Assembly: GCF_017656375.1 (NCBI RefSeq)
Contig: NZ_JACDOB010000005.1
Location: forward strand, 1,719 to 65,718
DNA: 64,000 nt
Direction of reading: 5' to 3'
Source: Thermovirga sp.
Lineage (GTDB): Bacteria; Synergistota; Synergistia; Synergistales; Thermovirgaceae
Numbering within the stretch: the first letter of the stretch is position 1; each line of letters opens with the position of its first letter. Under the pieces are notes generated by a model. It searched no databases and was not told the origin of the DNA. It saw only the letters and a list, made by a program, of their open reading frames with translations. A program made the translations under genes and the position numbers. Positions 52,235 through 61,983 of the stretch are shown here, piece after piece.

Positions 52235-53980
52235 TTACAGGCGATTTGGCTTATCTTTTAGCCACTCAAGCAAATGATCTAACTTCCAACAGTTTACCAC
52301 CCTTTCCTTTCCCAGCCATGCCCTGCGGGCAACTGAGACGCCAAAATCAAGAAACTCCATATGAGAAGGCCTGTGAGCGTCCGAACCTATGGAAAAAAGG
52401 CATCCTTTTTCTTTCGCTAAAGCTGCCAGGTAGTCAGGGAGGTCCAATCTGTAAGGGTTGGCATTTATCTCCAATATGGTCCCTGTTCGAGCAGCTTCCT
52501 CAAAAACAACTTCCCAATTCGCGTTCATGCCTTGCCGCTGGCCCATAAGCCTGCCCGTTGGGTGAGCTATTATATGAACCCTGGGGTGCCTTATGGCCTT
52601 TAAATATCTTTTCGTTATCTCTTCCTCTGTCTGACGCATGGAAAGGTGAATAGCACCTATTATCACATCCAATTCTCCCATTAAATCCTCAGGCACATCT
52701 ATAGTCCCATCGGCTAAAATCTCCGCTTCCACACCCTTTAGCACGCGCACCTTGCTTTGATTCTGATTTATGTCATCAATCTCCTTCATTTGGGCTTTAA
52801 GCCTATCTGCATCCAAGCCACCTGCAACTGCAAGAGTGGCGCTGTGGTCAGTAATGGCGATCCAACTTAGGCCTTTTCTATGAGCACTGAGCACCATATC
52901 CTCAATGGAGCTCATGCCATCGCTCCAAAAGGTATGAACGTGAGAATCCCCTTTCAGATCTTCCACATCCACAACATCGGGCAAGGTGCCCTTTAAGGCC
53001 TCCTCTATGGCCTTGCGGCCTTCCCTCAGCTCGGGCAATATCCAGGGAAGACCCAAAAAACGATAGACATCCTCCTCTTCGGCACACAAGATCTCCTCAC
53101 TTCCCTCGACGGCCTTGAAGGAATACTCGCTCAAGCTGAACCCTTTTTTCAGAGCCAACTCCCTCAATTGTACGTTATGCTCCTTGCTCCCAGTAAAATA
53201 CTGCAGAGCTGTCCCCCATCTAGAAGGTTCAATTACTCTGAGGTCACCCTGCAACGATCCCCTCAAGAGAACGCTTGCCTTTTTGCTTCCTTTTAGCAAA
53301 ACTTTCTCCACTATAGGTAGAGAACAAAATTTTTCGACAGCAGCTTCTGGATCATCAGCGGAGACGAGAAAATCCAGGTCTCCTACCGTATCTTTCCGCC
53401 TGCGGAAAGATCCTCCTACTTCTATTCTTATACCTGGAAGGTCCGAAAGGCCTTCCTTCACCATCTCCGCCAAGGGCCAAACCTCAATCAAGGGGATTCT
53501 ATCTACACTTGACGCTCTCTTTCTCTCTTCGATCCCGGCAAGGATTTTCGCAGAAATTTTAGGGCCAAAGCCTGGAAGGCCAGCCAGCTTTCCACTTCTT
53601 GCCGCTTCCTCAAGCTCCTCTATTGTCTGCACCCCCAAGGCCTTCCAAACAGCCTTCACCCTCTTAGGCCCCATGTCGGGGATTTTCAGCATTTCTAGCA
53701 ATGAATGGGGAACTTCCTGGGATATTTTTTCGTAATATTCTAGCCTTCCTGTAGTCACCAATTCTGTTATCTTCTCCCCTATGGCCTTCCCAATACCGTC
53801 AATGGTGAATATGGTTCCATCCTGGACCATGGATTCCAAATCCCTGCCCAAACCACGGATGTTCTCGGCAGCTCTTCTGTAAGCATTTACCTTGAAGACG
53901 CTCTCCCCTAATATCTCGAGCATATCCCCTATTTCTTCAAGTATTTCCGCTACCCTCTCGTTATTGAGTTTTTCAGACAA
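52235..53980 (-). CDS. polX: Family X DNA polymerase with a C-terminal PHP domain
   Basis: HhH motifs (PDMGPKRV, LPGFGPKI), GSFRRRKDTVGDLDFLV, PHP DSHVHTFWSDG...HPTGR. I favour TTG at 53980 (AGAGGTG SD). ATG at 54022 and the track start at 54079 are alternatives. Confidence 0.85.
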   Translation of the reverse strand: MSEKLNNERVAEILEEIGDMLEILGESVFKVNAYRRAAENIRGLGRDLESMVQDGTIFTIDGIGKAIGEKITELVTTGRLEYYEKISQEVPHSLLEMLKIPDMGPKRVKAVWKALGVQTIEELEEAARSGKLAGLPGFGPKISAKILAGIEERKRASSVDRIPLIEVWPLAEMVKEGLSDLPGIRIEVGGSFRRRKDTVGDLDFLVSADDPEAAVEKFCSLPIVEKVLLKGSKKASVLLRGSLQGDLRVIEPSRWGTALQYFTGSKEHNVQLRELALKKGFSLSEYSFKAVEGSEEILCAEEEDVYRFLGLPWILPELREGRKAIEEALKGTLPDVVDVEDLKGDSHVHTFWSDGMSSIEDMVLSAHRKGLSWIAITDHSATLAVAGGLDADRLKAQMKEIDDINQNQSKVRVLKGVEAEILADGTIDVPEDLMGELDVIIGAIHLSMRQTEEEITKRYLKAIRHPRVHIIAHPTGRLMGQRQGMNANWEVVFEEAARTGTILEINANPYRLDLPDYLAALAKEKGCLFSIGSDAHRPSHMEFLDFGVSVARRAWLGKERVVNCWKLDHLLEWLKDKPNRL

Positions 53981-54115
53981 ACTTCTACACCTCTGCTTTT
54001 GTGTTAACTTTAATATATTCATTATACAACTGTACGGGAAGTTAAAATCACCAGTAAAAACGTACACCTTACTACCCAAACTGTGCTATATTTTGTTAAC
54101 AAGCCGGAAAAGGAG

Positions 54116-55816
54116 ATGAAACGGAGGATGAGAGAGCCCTTTCGTAAAATATGTTTGTTTGCCATAGCAATTTTTGCCTGTTTATTTTGTTTTCCGAACA
54201 TCCAATCTTTCGGAGCCAACAACGTAGTGAACTTGGAGAACATCAAGGGGCCTAAAATAAAGGACCTGTACATGGTGATATACAGGGATCCAGACTCCCA
54301 AATACTGGCATTAGAGACAGGAAAGCTAGACGTCCTGGGTGACATCATAAGGCCTGTGGACATAAAGAGGCTTTCTTCCAGAGACGATATACTCATGACA
54401 TTGTCTGAAGGCTTCCACATATTCTTTTTGGGCTTCAATCTCAGAGAATACCCCTGGAATGACTTGGCACTGCGAAAGGCCCTCTCCCACGCCGTCCCAA
54501 GAAAAAAATTTGTAAGAGACCTTTTTGCGGGGTACTGCTTGCCCATATATACATACCTCCCACCCGTCTCCCCATATTACGAACCTGACGTCACCCATTA
54601 TGAGTACGATCCAGAGAAAGCAAAAAAAATCCTTGCCAAAGCCGGATGGAAGTGGAGCCAAGGAGGACTATTAATACCTCCCGGTAGCGACAAGCCTCTG
54701 GAAAAGGTGTCTTTGCTATGCCCCACCGCACAGGCAGCTCCTACAACAGCAGAGCTGGCTTCTAGAATAGCGGAATCCTTCTCCAGCCTGGGGCTTCCGG
54801 TGGAACTGGAAATGCTTGACTTTTCCATGATGATAAAAAGGCTGGATAAGCACGACTTTGATCTATTCGTAATGGCCTGGAGTTTAAGCCGCGACCCTGA
54901 TAACCTATTTGCCTTCTTCCATTCCTCCATGGACACCGAAGGGGGGTACAATATTCAGGGCCTCCACGACTCCGAAATAGATAAAGTTCTTGAAGACCTT
55001 CGCTGGGCTCCCGACAAGGACTCTGCCGTCAAGGCAGCCAAAGAGGCTCAAGAGATGCTGTCAGATAAGGCACCGTGGATTCCCATATATTCCCGTTACA
55101 TGATATCTGCCATAAGGAAAGACTGGAAGGGGTTAACATTCTCAAAGAAGACTACAGCAGACAACATATGGAGCCTTCTAAACATGGAGCCAGTAAACGG
55201 AAAAATGAGGCCCTTATACTGGTGCCTGCCTGAAGACCCGAGGACTCTCAACCCCCTTGCGGCTGGTTCCGCTTACGACTGGGCTGTTTTGGGGTTGATA
55301 TATGAATCCCTTATAGGTACAGACCCTTATACTCTGGACGATATTCCACAGCTAGCTTTAAAATGGAATATAGAAACCGAAACTCACGGCACAAAAAAAT
55401 TAACAAAACTCGTATTTCACCTTCGTGAAGATGTTACTTGGCAAGACGGAGCACTTTTTACCTCTGAGGACGTTAAAGAGACTATACTTTTCTTAAAAAA
55501 ACACCAACTTCCCCGTTATTTCGACCAAGTTAACAACGTAGTCTCAGTGGAAACGCCCAACGAGCATGAGGTCGTCGTCACTTTAGAGAACACCAGCTAC
55601 TGGTACCTGCACAACATAGGAGGGCTACCCATTTTCCCGGCACACATCCTCAAGAATGTTGAGAACTGGAAAAGCTGGAGGCCAGAAAGGCAAGAGAACC
55701 CCAAGGACCCAAAACTTACCCAACTTGTGGGAACTGGGCCTTTTATATTCATGGAATACAAGCCAGGAGAATACGTACATCTGAAAAGGTATGATGGGTA
55801 TTGGAAAAACAGATAA
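54116..55816 (+). CDS. ABC transporter substrate-binding protein, family 5 (peptide/nickel/opine type)
   Basis: Signal-like N-terminus ICLFAIAIFACLF, about 560 aa. The start is ambiguous between 54116 and 54128. Confidence 0.8.
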   Translation: MKRRMREPFRKICLFAIAIFACLFCFPNIQSFGANNVVNLENIKGPKIKDLYMVIYRDPDSQILALETGKLDVLGDIIRPVDIKRLSSRDDILMTLSEGFHIFFLGFNLREYPWNDLALRKALSHAVPRKKFVRDLFAGYCLPIYTYLPPVSPYYEPDVTHYEYDPEKAKKILAKAGWKWSQGGLLIPPGSDKPLEKVSLLCPTAQAAPTTAELASRIAESFSSLGLPVELEMLDFSMMIKRLDKHDFDLFVMAWSLSRDPDNLFAFFHSSMDTEGGYNIQGLHDSEIDKVLEDLRWAPDKDSAVKAAKEAQEMLSDKAPWIPIYSRYMISAIRKDWKGLTFSKKTTADNIWSLLNMEPVNGKMRPLYWCLPEDPRTLNPLAAGSAYDWAVLGLIYESLIGTDPYTLDDIPQLALKWNIETETHGTKKLTKLVFHLREDVTWQDGALFTSEDVKETILFLKKHQLPRYFDQVNNVVSVETPNEHEVVVTLENTSYWYLHNIGGLPIFPAHILKNVENWKSWRPERQENPKDPKLTQLVGTGPFIFMEYKPGEYVHLKRYDGYWKNR

Positions 55817-56799
55817 TGATTAAACTCATCAAAAACTACTGGTTCAGGCGCATAGTAGGATCGCTGGTAGTCCTATTGGTGGTGCTGATTTTGAATTTCT
55901 TTTTGTTTCGTATAATGCCGGGGGACCCGGTTAGCACCATCATTGATCCTCATTTTTCACCTCAGGCCAAGCAGCACCTCAGGGCGCAGTTTGGCTTGGA
56001 TCTACCTCTTTACCAGCAATTTTACCTTTACGTAAAATCCCTGGTCACCTTCAACTTTGGCCAATCTTTTCTCTCTCAAAAGCCCGTGTGGGAGGAACTA
56101 AGGACGAGAATCCCAAACACGGTGTTCCTCCTGGGAACGGCTTTCATGCTATCTGCGCTGCTGGGAATATGGCTAGGGGTAAAAGCAGCACAAAAAAGGG
56201 GAAGTGCCCTTGAGAAAGTGGTCCTTCTGGCAGGCTCTATATCCTTTTCCTTCCCCTCTTTCTTCGTGCAGCTTGTCCTGCTTATGATTTTTGGATGGGC
56301 CATTCCCATATTCCCCATACGAGGATCTCTGTCAGTTCCACCGCCTTCAGGTATGGCAGCCCTTTGGGATTTTCTATGGCATATGACCTTGCCAATATTC
56401 TCTCTGGTGTTATTGGGGTTTGGGTCATGGGCCATATACGTGAGGAACCTAATGATCAAGACTTTCTCGGAGGACTACATTCTCCTTGCCCGGGCCAAAG
56501 GCCTTCCGGAAAATAAGATCCTATGGGGGCATGCTTTCAGAGCTTCCCTCCCACCTATAGTAACCATGTTTCTTTTGGCTCTTCCCGGCATTCTTTCTGG
56601 GGCAGTAATAACAGAAACAGTCTTCTCTCTGCACGGGGTAGGGAAATTCTTACTCGACTCAATTTTGGGGCATGATTATCCCGCCGCAGGAGCTGCCTTC
56701 TACCTTTTGGCGATAATAACCATAATCTGCAACCTCACCGCTGACTTCGCATATGGGCTGGTGGACCCAAGGATCCGGCTCGGGAGGAAAATGGAATGA
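55816..56799 (+). CDS. ABC transporter permease (DppB/OppB-like)
   Basis: N-terminal MIKLIKNYWFRRI, an EAA-loop region (DYILLARAKGL). TAATG overlap with the SBP stop. Confidence 0.85.
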   Translation: MIKLIKNYWFRRIVGSLVVLLVVLILNFFLFRIMPGDPVSTIIDPHFSPQAKQHLRAQFGLDLPLYQQFYLYVKSLVTFNFGQSFLSQKPVWEELRTRIPNTVFLLGTAFMLSALLGIWLGVKAAQKRGSALEKVVLLAGSISFSFPSFFVQLVLLMIFGWAIPIFPIRGSLSVPPPSGMAALWDFLWHMTLPIFSLVLLGFGSWAIYVRNLMIKTFSEDYILLARAKGLPENKILWGHAFRASLPPIVTMFLLALPGILSGAVITETVFSLHGVGKFLLDSILGHDYPAAGAAFYLLAIITIICNLTADFAYGLVDPRIRLGRKME

Positions 56800-57998
56800 A
56801 AAGAATCCTAAGGCGGTTCAGCTTTTGGCTTTTGATAGGATTCATACTGGCAGGCATATGGGGGCCAAAATGTTTCAAAAGCAGTGCTGAAACTCAGGTG
56901 GCTTCTCCCTTCTCCATGCCATTATGGGTAAAAAAAGACACATCACCGACCATGTCCTTTGCGCTAGAACCCAAAAGGGAGCACGTTCAATTTGAATGGA
57001 ACTGGGAAGCCCCACCAAACATCACCATATGGGGAACCGCAAAGTTTGAAAAAGAAACTTCTGCATCACTGATTTTGGAGAACCCGAACGGGGAGACAAT
57101 TCTCCTCGCACAAAACGAGGGGAACACGTTCCTGACAGTAGACGTAGATGGAAGGGACATGAGCTTCAAAATGGGCTTAGGGCTATCGCCCTTTGACGAT
57201 CCAATGAAAGAACTGTTTCCCACTAAGGGCCGGTACACAATAAAACTATGGCCGCCTGATCTAAAGATAAAATCTGGAGCCATCAACATAAGAATAGAAG
57301 GTTCCAGATGGGGCCTTCTTGGGACAGATCAAAGAGGAAGAGATGTGTTTCACCTCTTTCTCTTAGGCATAAGGATATCTCTACTGGTAGGAATCTCCGC
57401 CACATTGCTGGCCACATTGCTTGGAGTTTCTGTAGGGCTGGTGGCTGGTTACGCCGGGGGCCTGGTGGACACTGTACTCATGCGAATAGTAGATGTGCTT
57501 TTGGCCATACCGGGGCTGCCCATACTCATGGTCCTTGCAGGGATTTGGGGTAAAGGGCTTTGGCAACTTGTGGTCATATTAAGTATCTTCTCATGGATGG
57601 GAACAGCTAGAACCATAAGGTCCCTTACTCTTTCCCTTAGAGAGAGCACCTTTGTGGAAGGCCTTAGAGCATTAGGGGCTAAGCCTTCGTACATAATGTT
57701 CCGGCACCTTCTACCAGAAAGCCTCCCCATACTCCTGGCCAACATAGCTTTAGGGGTGCCCTCGGCTATCCTGGCAGAAGCAGGTTTATCCTTTTTGGGA
57801 CTGTCTGATCCCAGGATAATATCATGGGGGCGCATGTTGAACGAGGCCCACGGCTTTGGGGCTTTCACTACAGGCGCATGGTGGCTTATACTTCCTCCAG
57901 GCATTGGCATATCATTGATATGCCTTGCCTTTCTCGATTTAGGGAGAACCCTGGAGGAGATGGCCGACCCCAGGCTTAAAGGCGGTGCCAATAAATGA
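56796..57998 (+). CDS. ABC transporter permease (DppC/OppC-like) with an extracytoplasmic insert of about 170 aa after TM1
   Basis: LLGTDQRGRDVF, EGLRALGAKP (EAA loop). The long hydrophilic segment spans aa 25-195. Confidence 0.85.
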   Translation: MKRILRRFSFWLLIGFILAGIWGPKCFKSSAETQVASPFSMPLWVKKDTSPTMSFALEPKREHVQFEWNWEAPPNITIWGTAKFEKETSASLILENPNGETILLAQNEGNTFLTVDVDGRDMSFKMGLGLSPFDDPMKELFPTKGRYTIKLWPPDLKIKSGAINIRIEGSRWGLLGTDQRGRDVFHLFLLGIRISLLVGISATLLATLLGVSVGLVAGYAGGLVDTVLMRIVDVLLAIPGLPILMVLAGIWGKGLWQLVVILSIFSWMGTARTIRSLTLSLRESTFVEGLRALGAKPSYIMFRHLLPESLPILLANIALGVPSAILAEAGLSFLGLSDPRIISWGRMLNEAHGFGAFTTGAWWLILPPGIGISLICLAFLDLGRTLEEMADPRLKGGANK

Positions 57999-58783
57999 TC
58001 CACATTCAAAGGCTCTCCGTCTCCTATAAAACCGAGAGAGGGCAAGTTCCGGCCCTAAAAAATATCAACCTTAGCATACCTAAGGGAACGGCTACTGCCA
58101 TAGTTGGGGAATCAGGAAGCGGGAAAAGCACCCTCCTTCACAGCATCATGAGGCTTTTGCCACCAGAAGCAGAACTTTCAGGGAAAATAATGTTCGAAGG
58201 TATGGATATAACGTCCATGGATGACGCTGCCCTCAGGTCCTTTCGCTGGAGGAAGTGCTCTCTGGTGCTTCAGGGAGCCATGAGCTCCTTCAACCCAGTA
58301 CTATCTATAGGGAAACAGATAGCAGAAACAGTAGCGTACCATCTGCACCTCTCTTCAAAAGGCTCTTACAAAAGGGCAGAAGAACTGCTGGAGATGGTGG
58401 GGTTGCCTACTTTCTTTTCGAAACGGTTCCCACATGAGCTGTCTGGAGGACAGAAACAAAGGGCAGCTATAGCTATGGCCTTAGCGTGTAGCCCACCATG
58501 CATTTTGGCAGACGAGCCTACTACAGCATTAGATGTAATAACACAAGCGGAAATAGTCTGGCTGCTTAAGGAAATAACCCGAAAAAACAACATGACCCTT
58601 TGCATGGTAACCCATGACTTGCCTCTAGCTCTTTCTGTATGCGACAGAGTCGCAGTTATGCATAGGGGTGAGATTGTAGAGATACAAACACCTTCAGGAA
58701 TATTAAATAACCCTACACACCCTCACACTAAAAAATTGGTGGAATCCATAAGATCCATAGAAGAGAGGGGTAACCCAAAATGA
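57995..58783 (+). CDS. ABC transporter ATP-binding protein (DppD/OppD-like)
   Basis: GESGSGKST, LSGGQKQR, ILADEPT. Confidence 0.9.
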   Translation: MIHIQRLSVSYKTERGQVPALKNINLSIPKGTATAIVGESGSGKSTLLHSIMRLLPPEAELSGKIMFEGMDITSMDDAALRSFRWRKCSLVLQGAMSSFNPVLSIGKQIAETVAYHLHLSSKGSYKRAEELLEMVGLPTFFSKRFPHELSGGQKQRAAIAMALACSPPCILADEPTTALDVITQAEIVWLLKEITRKNNMTLCMVTHDLPLALSVCDRVAVMHRGEIVEIQTPSGILNNPTHPHTKKLVESIRSIEERGNPK

Positions 58784-59715
58784 GGCAAAACGCTCTTGAA
58801 GTATCTGAACTATGGGTCTCATTCGAGAAGGGCTCAAAAGCTTTTCACGCGTTGAGAGGAATAAGCTTCTCCCTTGAGAAGGGTCAAACTCTCTCGCTGG
58901 TAGGAGAGTCCGGCAGTGGTAAAACCACTGCAACCCGCGCATCTTTGGGGCTTATCGCTCCCACGAAGGGCAAAGTCACCCTCCTGGGAGTTGACATAAA
59001 CAATTGCAGCAAGGATAAGCTCATAGAGACCAGGCGGCGCTGCGGGTACATATCCCAGAACCCCTACGACTCCATACCACCTACTCTGACCACCTTGGAT
59101 GCAGTTGCAGAGCCTCTTGTCATATGTAAAGGGTTGAACAAGAAAACAGCAAGGGAAAGAGCTAAAGAGATGCTATCTGTATGCGGTATCGTAGATGAAG
59201 TAGTATTAAATGGAAGGGTAAAGTTCTCTCTATCTGGTGGGCAAAAACAGCGAGTTGCTCTAGCCAGGGCCCTTGTAACCGACCCTGAGATCATCTTCGC
59301 TGACGAACCCACGAGCATGCAGGATGCCTCCAACCGAGGAGACATCCTGGATATACTTCAAGAGTACGTAAAAAAAGGCTCTTCCTTGGTACTCACTACT
59401 CACGATCTTTATTTGGCTGCCGCTGCCACGGAGCACTCCATAATTCTCTTTCACGGCAAAATCATGGAAGCTGGCCCATCCAAGGAAATACTGAAAAAAC
59501 CTCTTCATTTTTATACGAAGGCTCTCCTAGATGCCCTCCCTGGATTGGGCAAGAAAATAAAAAAGCCTTCCCTTAAGCAGGGAGAGCCTGAATATCGACT
59601 TTCAGGATGTCCTTTCCTGACAAGATGTCCAAGGGGAATCGACAAATGCAGCAAAACTTGCCCTCCCATTAAGGAAGTATCCCCAGGACACTTTGTGGCC
59701 TGCTGGCTTCTTTAG
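58780..59715 (+). CDS. ABC transporter ATP-binding protein (DppF/OppF-like) with a Cys-rich C-terminal tail
   Basis: GESGSGKTT, LSGGQKQR, IFADEPT. C-terminal CPFLTRCPRGIDKCSKTCP. Confidence 0.9.
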   Translation: MRQNALEVSELWVSFEKGSKAFHALRGISFSLEKGQTLSLVGESGSGKTTATRASLGLIAPTKGKVTLLGVDINNCSKDKLIETRRRCGYISQNPYDSIPPTLTTLDAVAEPLVICKGLNKKTARERAKEMLSVCGIVDEVVLNGRVKFSLSGGQKQRVALARALVTDPEIIFADEPTSMQDASNRGDILDILQEYVKKGSSLVLTTHDLYLAAAATEHSIILFHGKIMEAGPSKEILKKPLHFYTKALLDALPGLGKKIKKPSLKQGEPEYRLSGCPFLTRCPRGIDKCSKTCPPIKEVSPGHFVACWLL

Positions 59716-59736
59716 ACATTGTCACCTCACAAAGTC

Positions 59737-60228
59737 CTATTTCCTTGGAAACTTCTTCTCAAGCAACATAAGGAAAGGGACTCCAAGGCAAAAACAAGCC
59801 ACCACTTCGCCGGCCCCTACGTAAAGCATTGCAGCCTGCCAGGAAAAATCCGTCAAAAATGACAAATAGGCACCAACAATCACGGCGTTTACCACTACTG
59901 GCGGAATTGCTGCCGTTATCTTGCTAGGCATCTTCCTTGTCAGCATGGCAGCCACAAGGGTTGCAAGGCTTCCAAAGACCACATCTATTATGCCAAATCC
60001 TCCAGCAAAATTAGCTATAACGCAACCTATAAACAAACCAGGTATGGCCTCCACCCAAAGCCAGGGAAGAAGCGTCAAGGCTTCAGACACTCTAACTTGT
60101 ACTGGGCCATAAGAGATGGGAGCAAAGAAAATGGTGAGCATGGCATAAGCTGCCCCTATTATAGCCGCTTTTGCTATACCTTTTGGTGTAGTTATTTTGC
60201 TCCAGGCTTCCTTGACATCTTCGAACAT
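59737..60228 (-). CDS. queT: Queuosine-precursor transporter QueT (ECF S-component)
   Basis: 163 aa. GPVQVRVSEALTLLP, the QueT-family pattern. Confidence 0.75.
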   Translation of the reverse strand: MFEDVKEAWSKITTPKGIAKAAIIGAAYAMLTIFFAPISYGPVQVRVSEALTLLPWLWVEAIPGLFIGCVIANFAGGFGIIDVVFGSLATLVAAMLTRKMPSKITAAIPPVVVNAVIVGAYLSFLTDFSWQAAMLYVGAGEVVACFCLGVPFLMLLEKKFPRK

Positions 60229-60263
60229 TTTCGTCTCATCCCTCCTATTGCTTTCGCTCTCTA

Positions 60264-61889
60264 TTACACTTCTTTAAAAGCTTTAACTGCTCTCTCAAGC
60301 AGGGCAGGGAAGACCTCTAGGGAGAAAGGCAGATAAAGCCTTTCCGTTGGCTTGTGGGGGTCTTTCCCCGACGGCCCTATGTTCAAAACGGGGATATCTA
60401 GCTTCATCAGGTCCTTAACTGCCACTCTGTAAATGCTCCCCCAACCCGGCATGTTGGCTGCCACGCAGAAGGGGTCGAAGGCACTTCCCTTGTAGCCCAT
60501 GTAGCTCAAGTCACAAATTCCACCAAAGAACTCCTTAATTTCCATATCTATACCGAACTTATCCTTGGCTTCATTAACTACCTTCTGAGCCACATCAGCA
60601 ACTAACAAATCTGAACTGGTCTCTCTCGTGTTCTCCCTGTGTGGGTACCAAGGAGGCAAAAAGCCTACTACTATTTTGGGTTTCCTTGAAGGATCCTTAT
60701 CACTTAACTTCTTCAAGAGCTCTATAGCCCTTTCCCTATCGTCATTAAGTTCGGCAAGCTCCGACGCTATCCTTCGAATTTCCCCTTTTATGTCAGGGTT
60801 AGCCCTGGCAAGCTCGGTCAGATATTCCTCAAAGGATAGCACTAGGGGAGAAAATTCATCGGCATCGAAACCGGCGCTTTTTGCTGAATCAGCCAAATGC
60901 TCTAAGGCCCTCTTGAATGCTCGTTCTGCAATCTTCTTAAGTTCTTTGATAATATCCGCCGGGTACTTTCTCAGCGTCAGCAAATTATAATACACCAGGG
61001 CACGATCAGGAAGGGTTACAGAGTAAGATTCCCTAAGGTCCCTAAAGTAAAGGCATGCTGGTGGGGGAGTTTTTTCCCCGTTAACTTCCTCTATGAGGTC
61101 AGGGTTGGCTTCCATTAGCTGGTTACAGAAGGAGGCAAGCAGCGTTGCACTCAAGCCCCTGTAGTACTGCCCTACATGAGCTCCTGCTCCCATGCAGTAG
61201 AAAAAGGGCATGAGCTTACCAACCGTTCCACAGAAGATAAGCTCTTTGCCCTCTACCTGAGCCCCCGCACTGGATGGCTCGGTCAGAATGGCTCCCAGGT
61301 AGCGCAGGTTTTCTTTTTCCTGCAACTCTACAAGAAGGCTCACTGCTGCCCGCATCCCCTCGGAACTGTCCTCCTCGTCAGGTACTGCTAGGAAAAGAAC
61401 ATTAACCGGAAATTTGGACACATCCGCAGCAAACTCTTCAAGAAGAGCCATCTCCGCGGCAAGGCCGCACTTCATGTCCATTATTCCCCGCCCAAAGAGG
61501 TAATCGCCAGAAAGCAAATCTTGCTTCGATTCTGTGTCCAGATTTTCTCCTTTAAGGGCTTTAGTGTACTCCATGGGAGAAAAAGCCAATTTTTTGTATT
61601 TCCCATAATCTCCGACATCTACTACATCATAGTGTCCCGTCAAGATAACGGTGTCTTTCGTGTCCTCTGCGGAATAAACGATGGCCCCTACTACATGCCT
61701 TCCCAATGGATCGTTAGGTAGGGGATACCATATCAAGTTTTTGGGGTTGTCCTTTAGGCCAGGGACCCTTTCCAAGAGCTTCTCCTTTATGAAAGCTCCC
61801 ATTCTAGCCTCTCCCTCGGTCCTGCTAACACTGGGAACCTCCGTAAGAGCAAGTAGCAACTCCATAATAGACGATTTATGCAAAGCCAT
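60264..61889 (-). CDS. M20-family metallopeptidase (RocB-like)
   Basis: 541 aa. ILTGHYDVVDV, GRGIMDMKCGLA, AVPDEEDSSEG. Confidence 0.75.
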   Translation of the reverse strand: MALHKSSIMELLLALTEVPSVSRTEGEARMGAFIKEKLLERVPGLKDNPKNLIWYPLPNDPLGRHVVGAIVYSAEDTKDTVILTGHYDVVDVGDYGKYKKLAFSPMEYTKALKGENLDTESKQDLLSGDYLFGRGIMDMKCGLAAEMALLEEFAADVSKFPVNVLFLAVPDEEDSSEGMRAAVSLLVELQEKENLRYLGAILTEPSSAGAQVEGKELIFCGTVGKLMPFFYCMGAGAHVGQYYRGLSATLLASFCNQLMEANPDLIEEVNGEKTPPPACLYFRDLRESYSVTLPDRALVYYNLLTLRKYPADIIKELKKIAERAFKRALEHLADSAKSAGFDADEFSPLVLSFEEYLTELARANPDIKGEIRRIASELAELNDDRERAIELLKKLSDKDPSRKPKIVVGFLPPWYPHRENTRETSSDLLVADVAQKVVNEAKDKFGIDMEIKEFFGGICDLSYMGYKGSAFDPFCVAANMPGWGSIYRVAVKDLMKLDIPVLNIGPSGKDPHKPTERLYLPFSLEVFPALLERAVKAFKEV

Positions 61890-61983
61890 GGTAACACCTC
61901 ACAATTAACAATATTAGGTGGACTTTACGAACAGGATACAGTATAACATCAAGGGGTTTGTATTTGCTAACGAGGTGATTTTC

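Noticed and set aside
60229-60263. preQ1 riboswitch upstream of queT
   Set aside because: The spacer is only 35 nt and does not fit the preQ1-I or preQ1-II consensus as I remember them.
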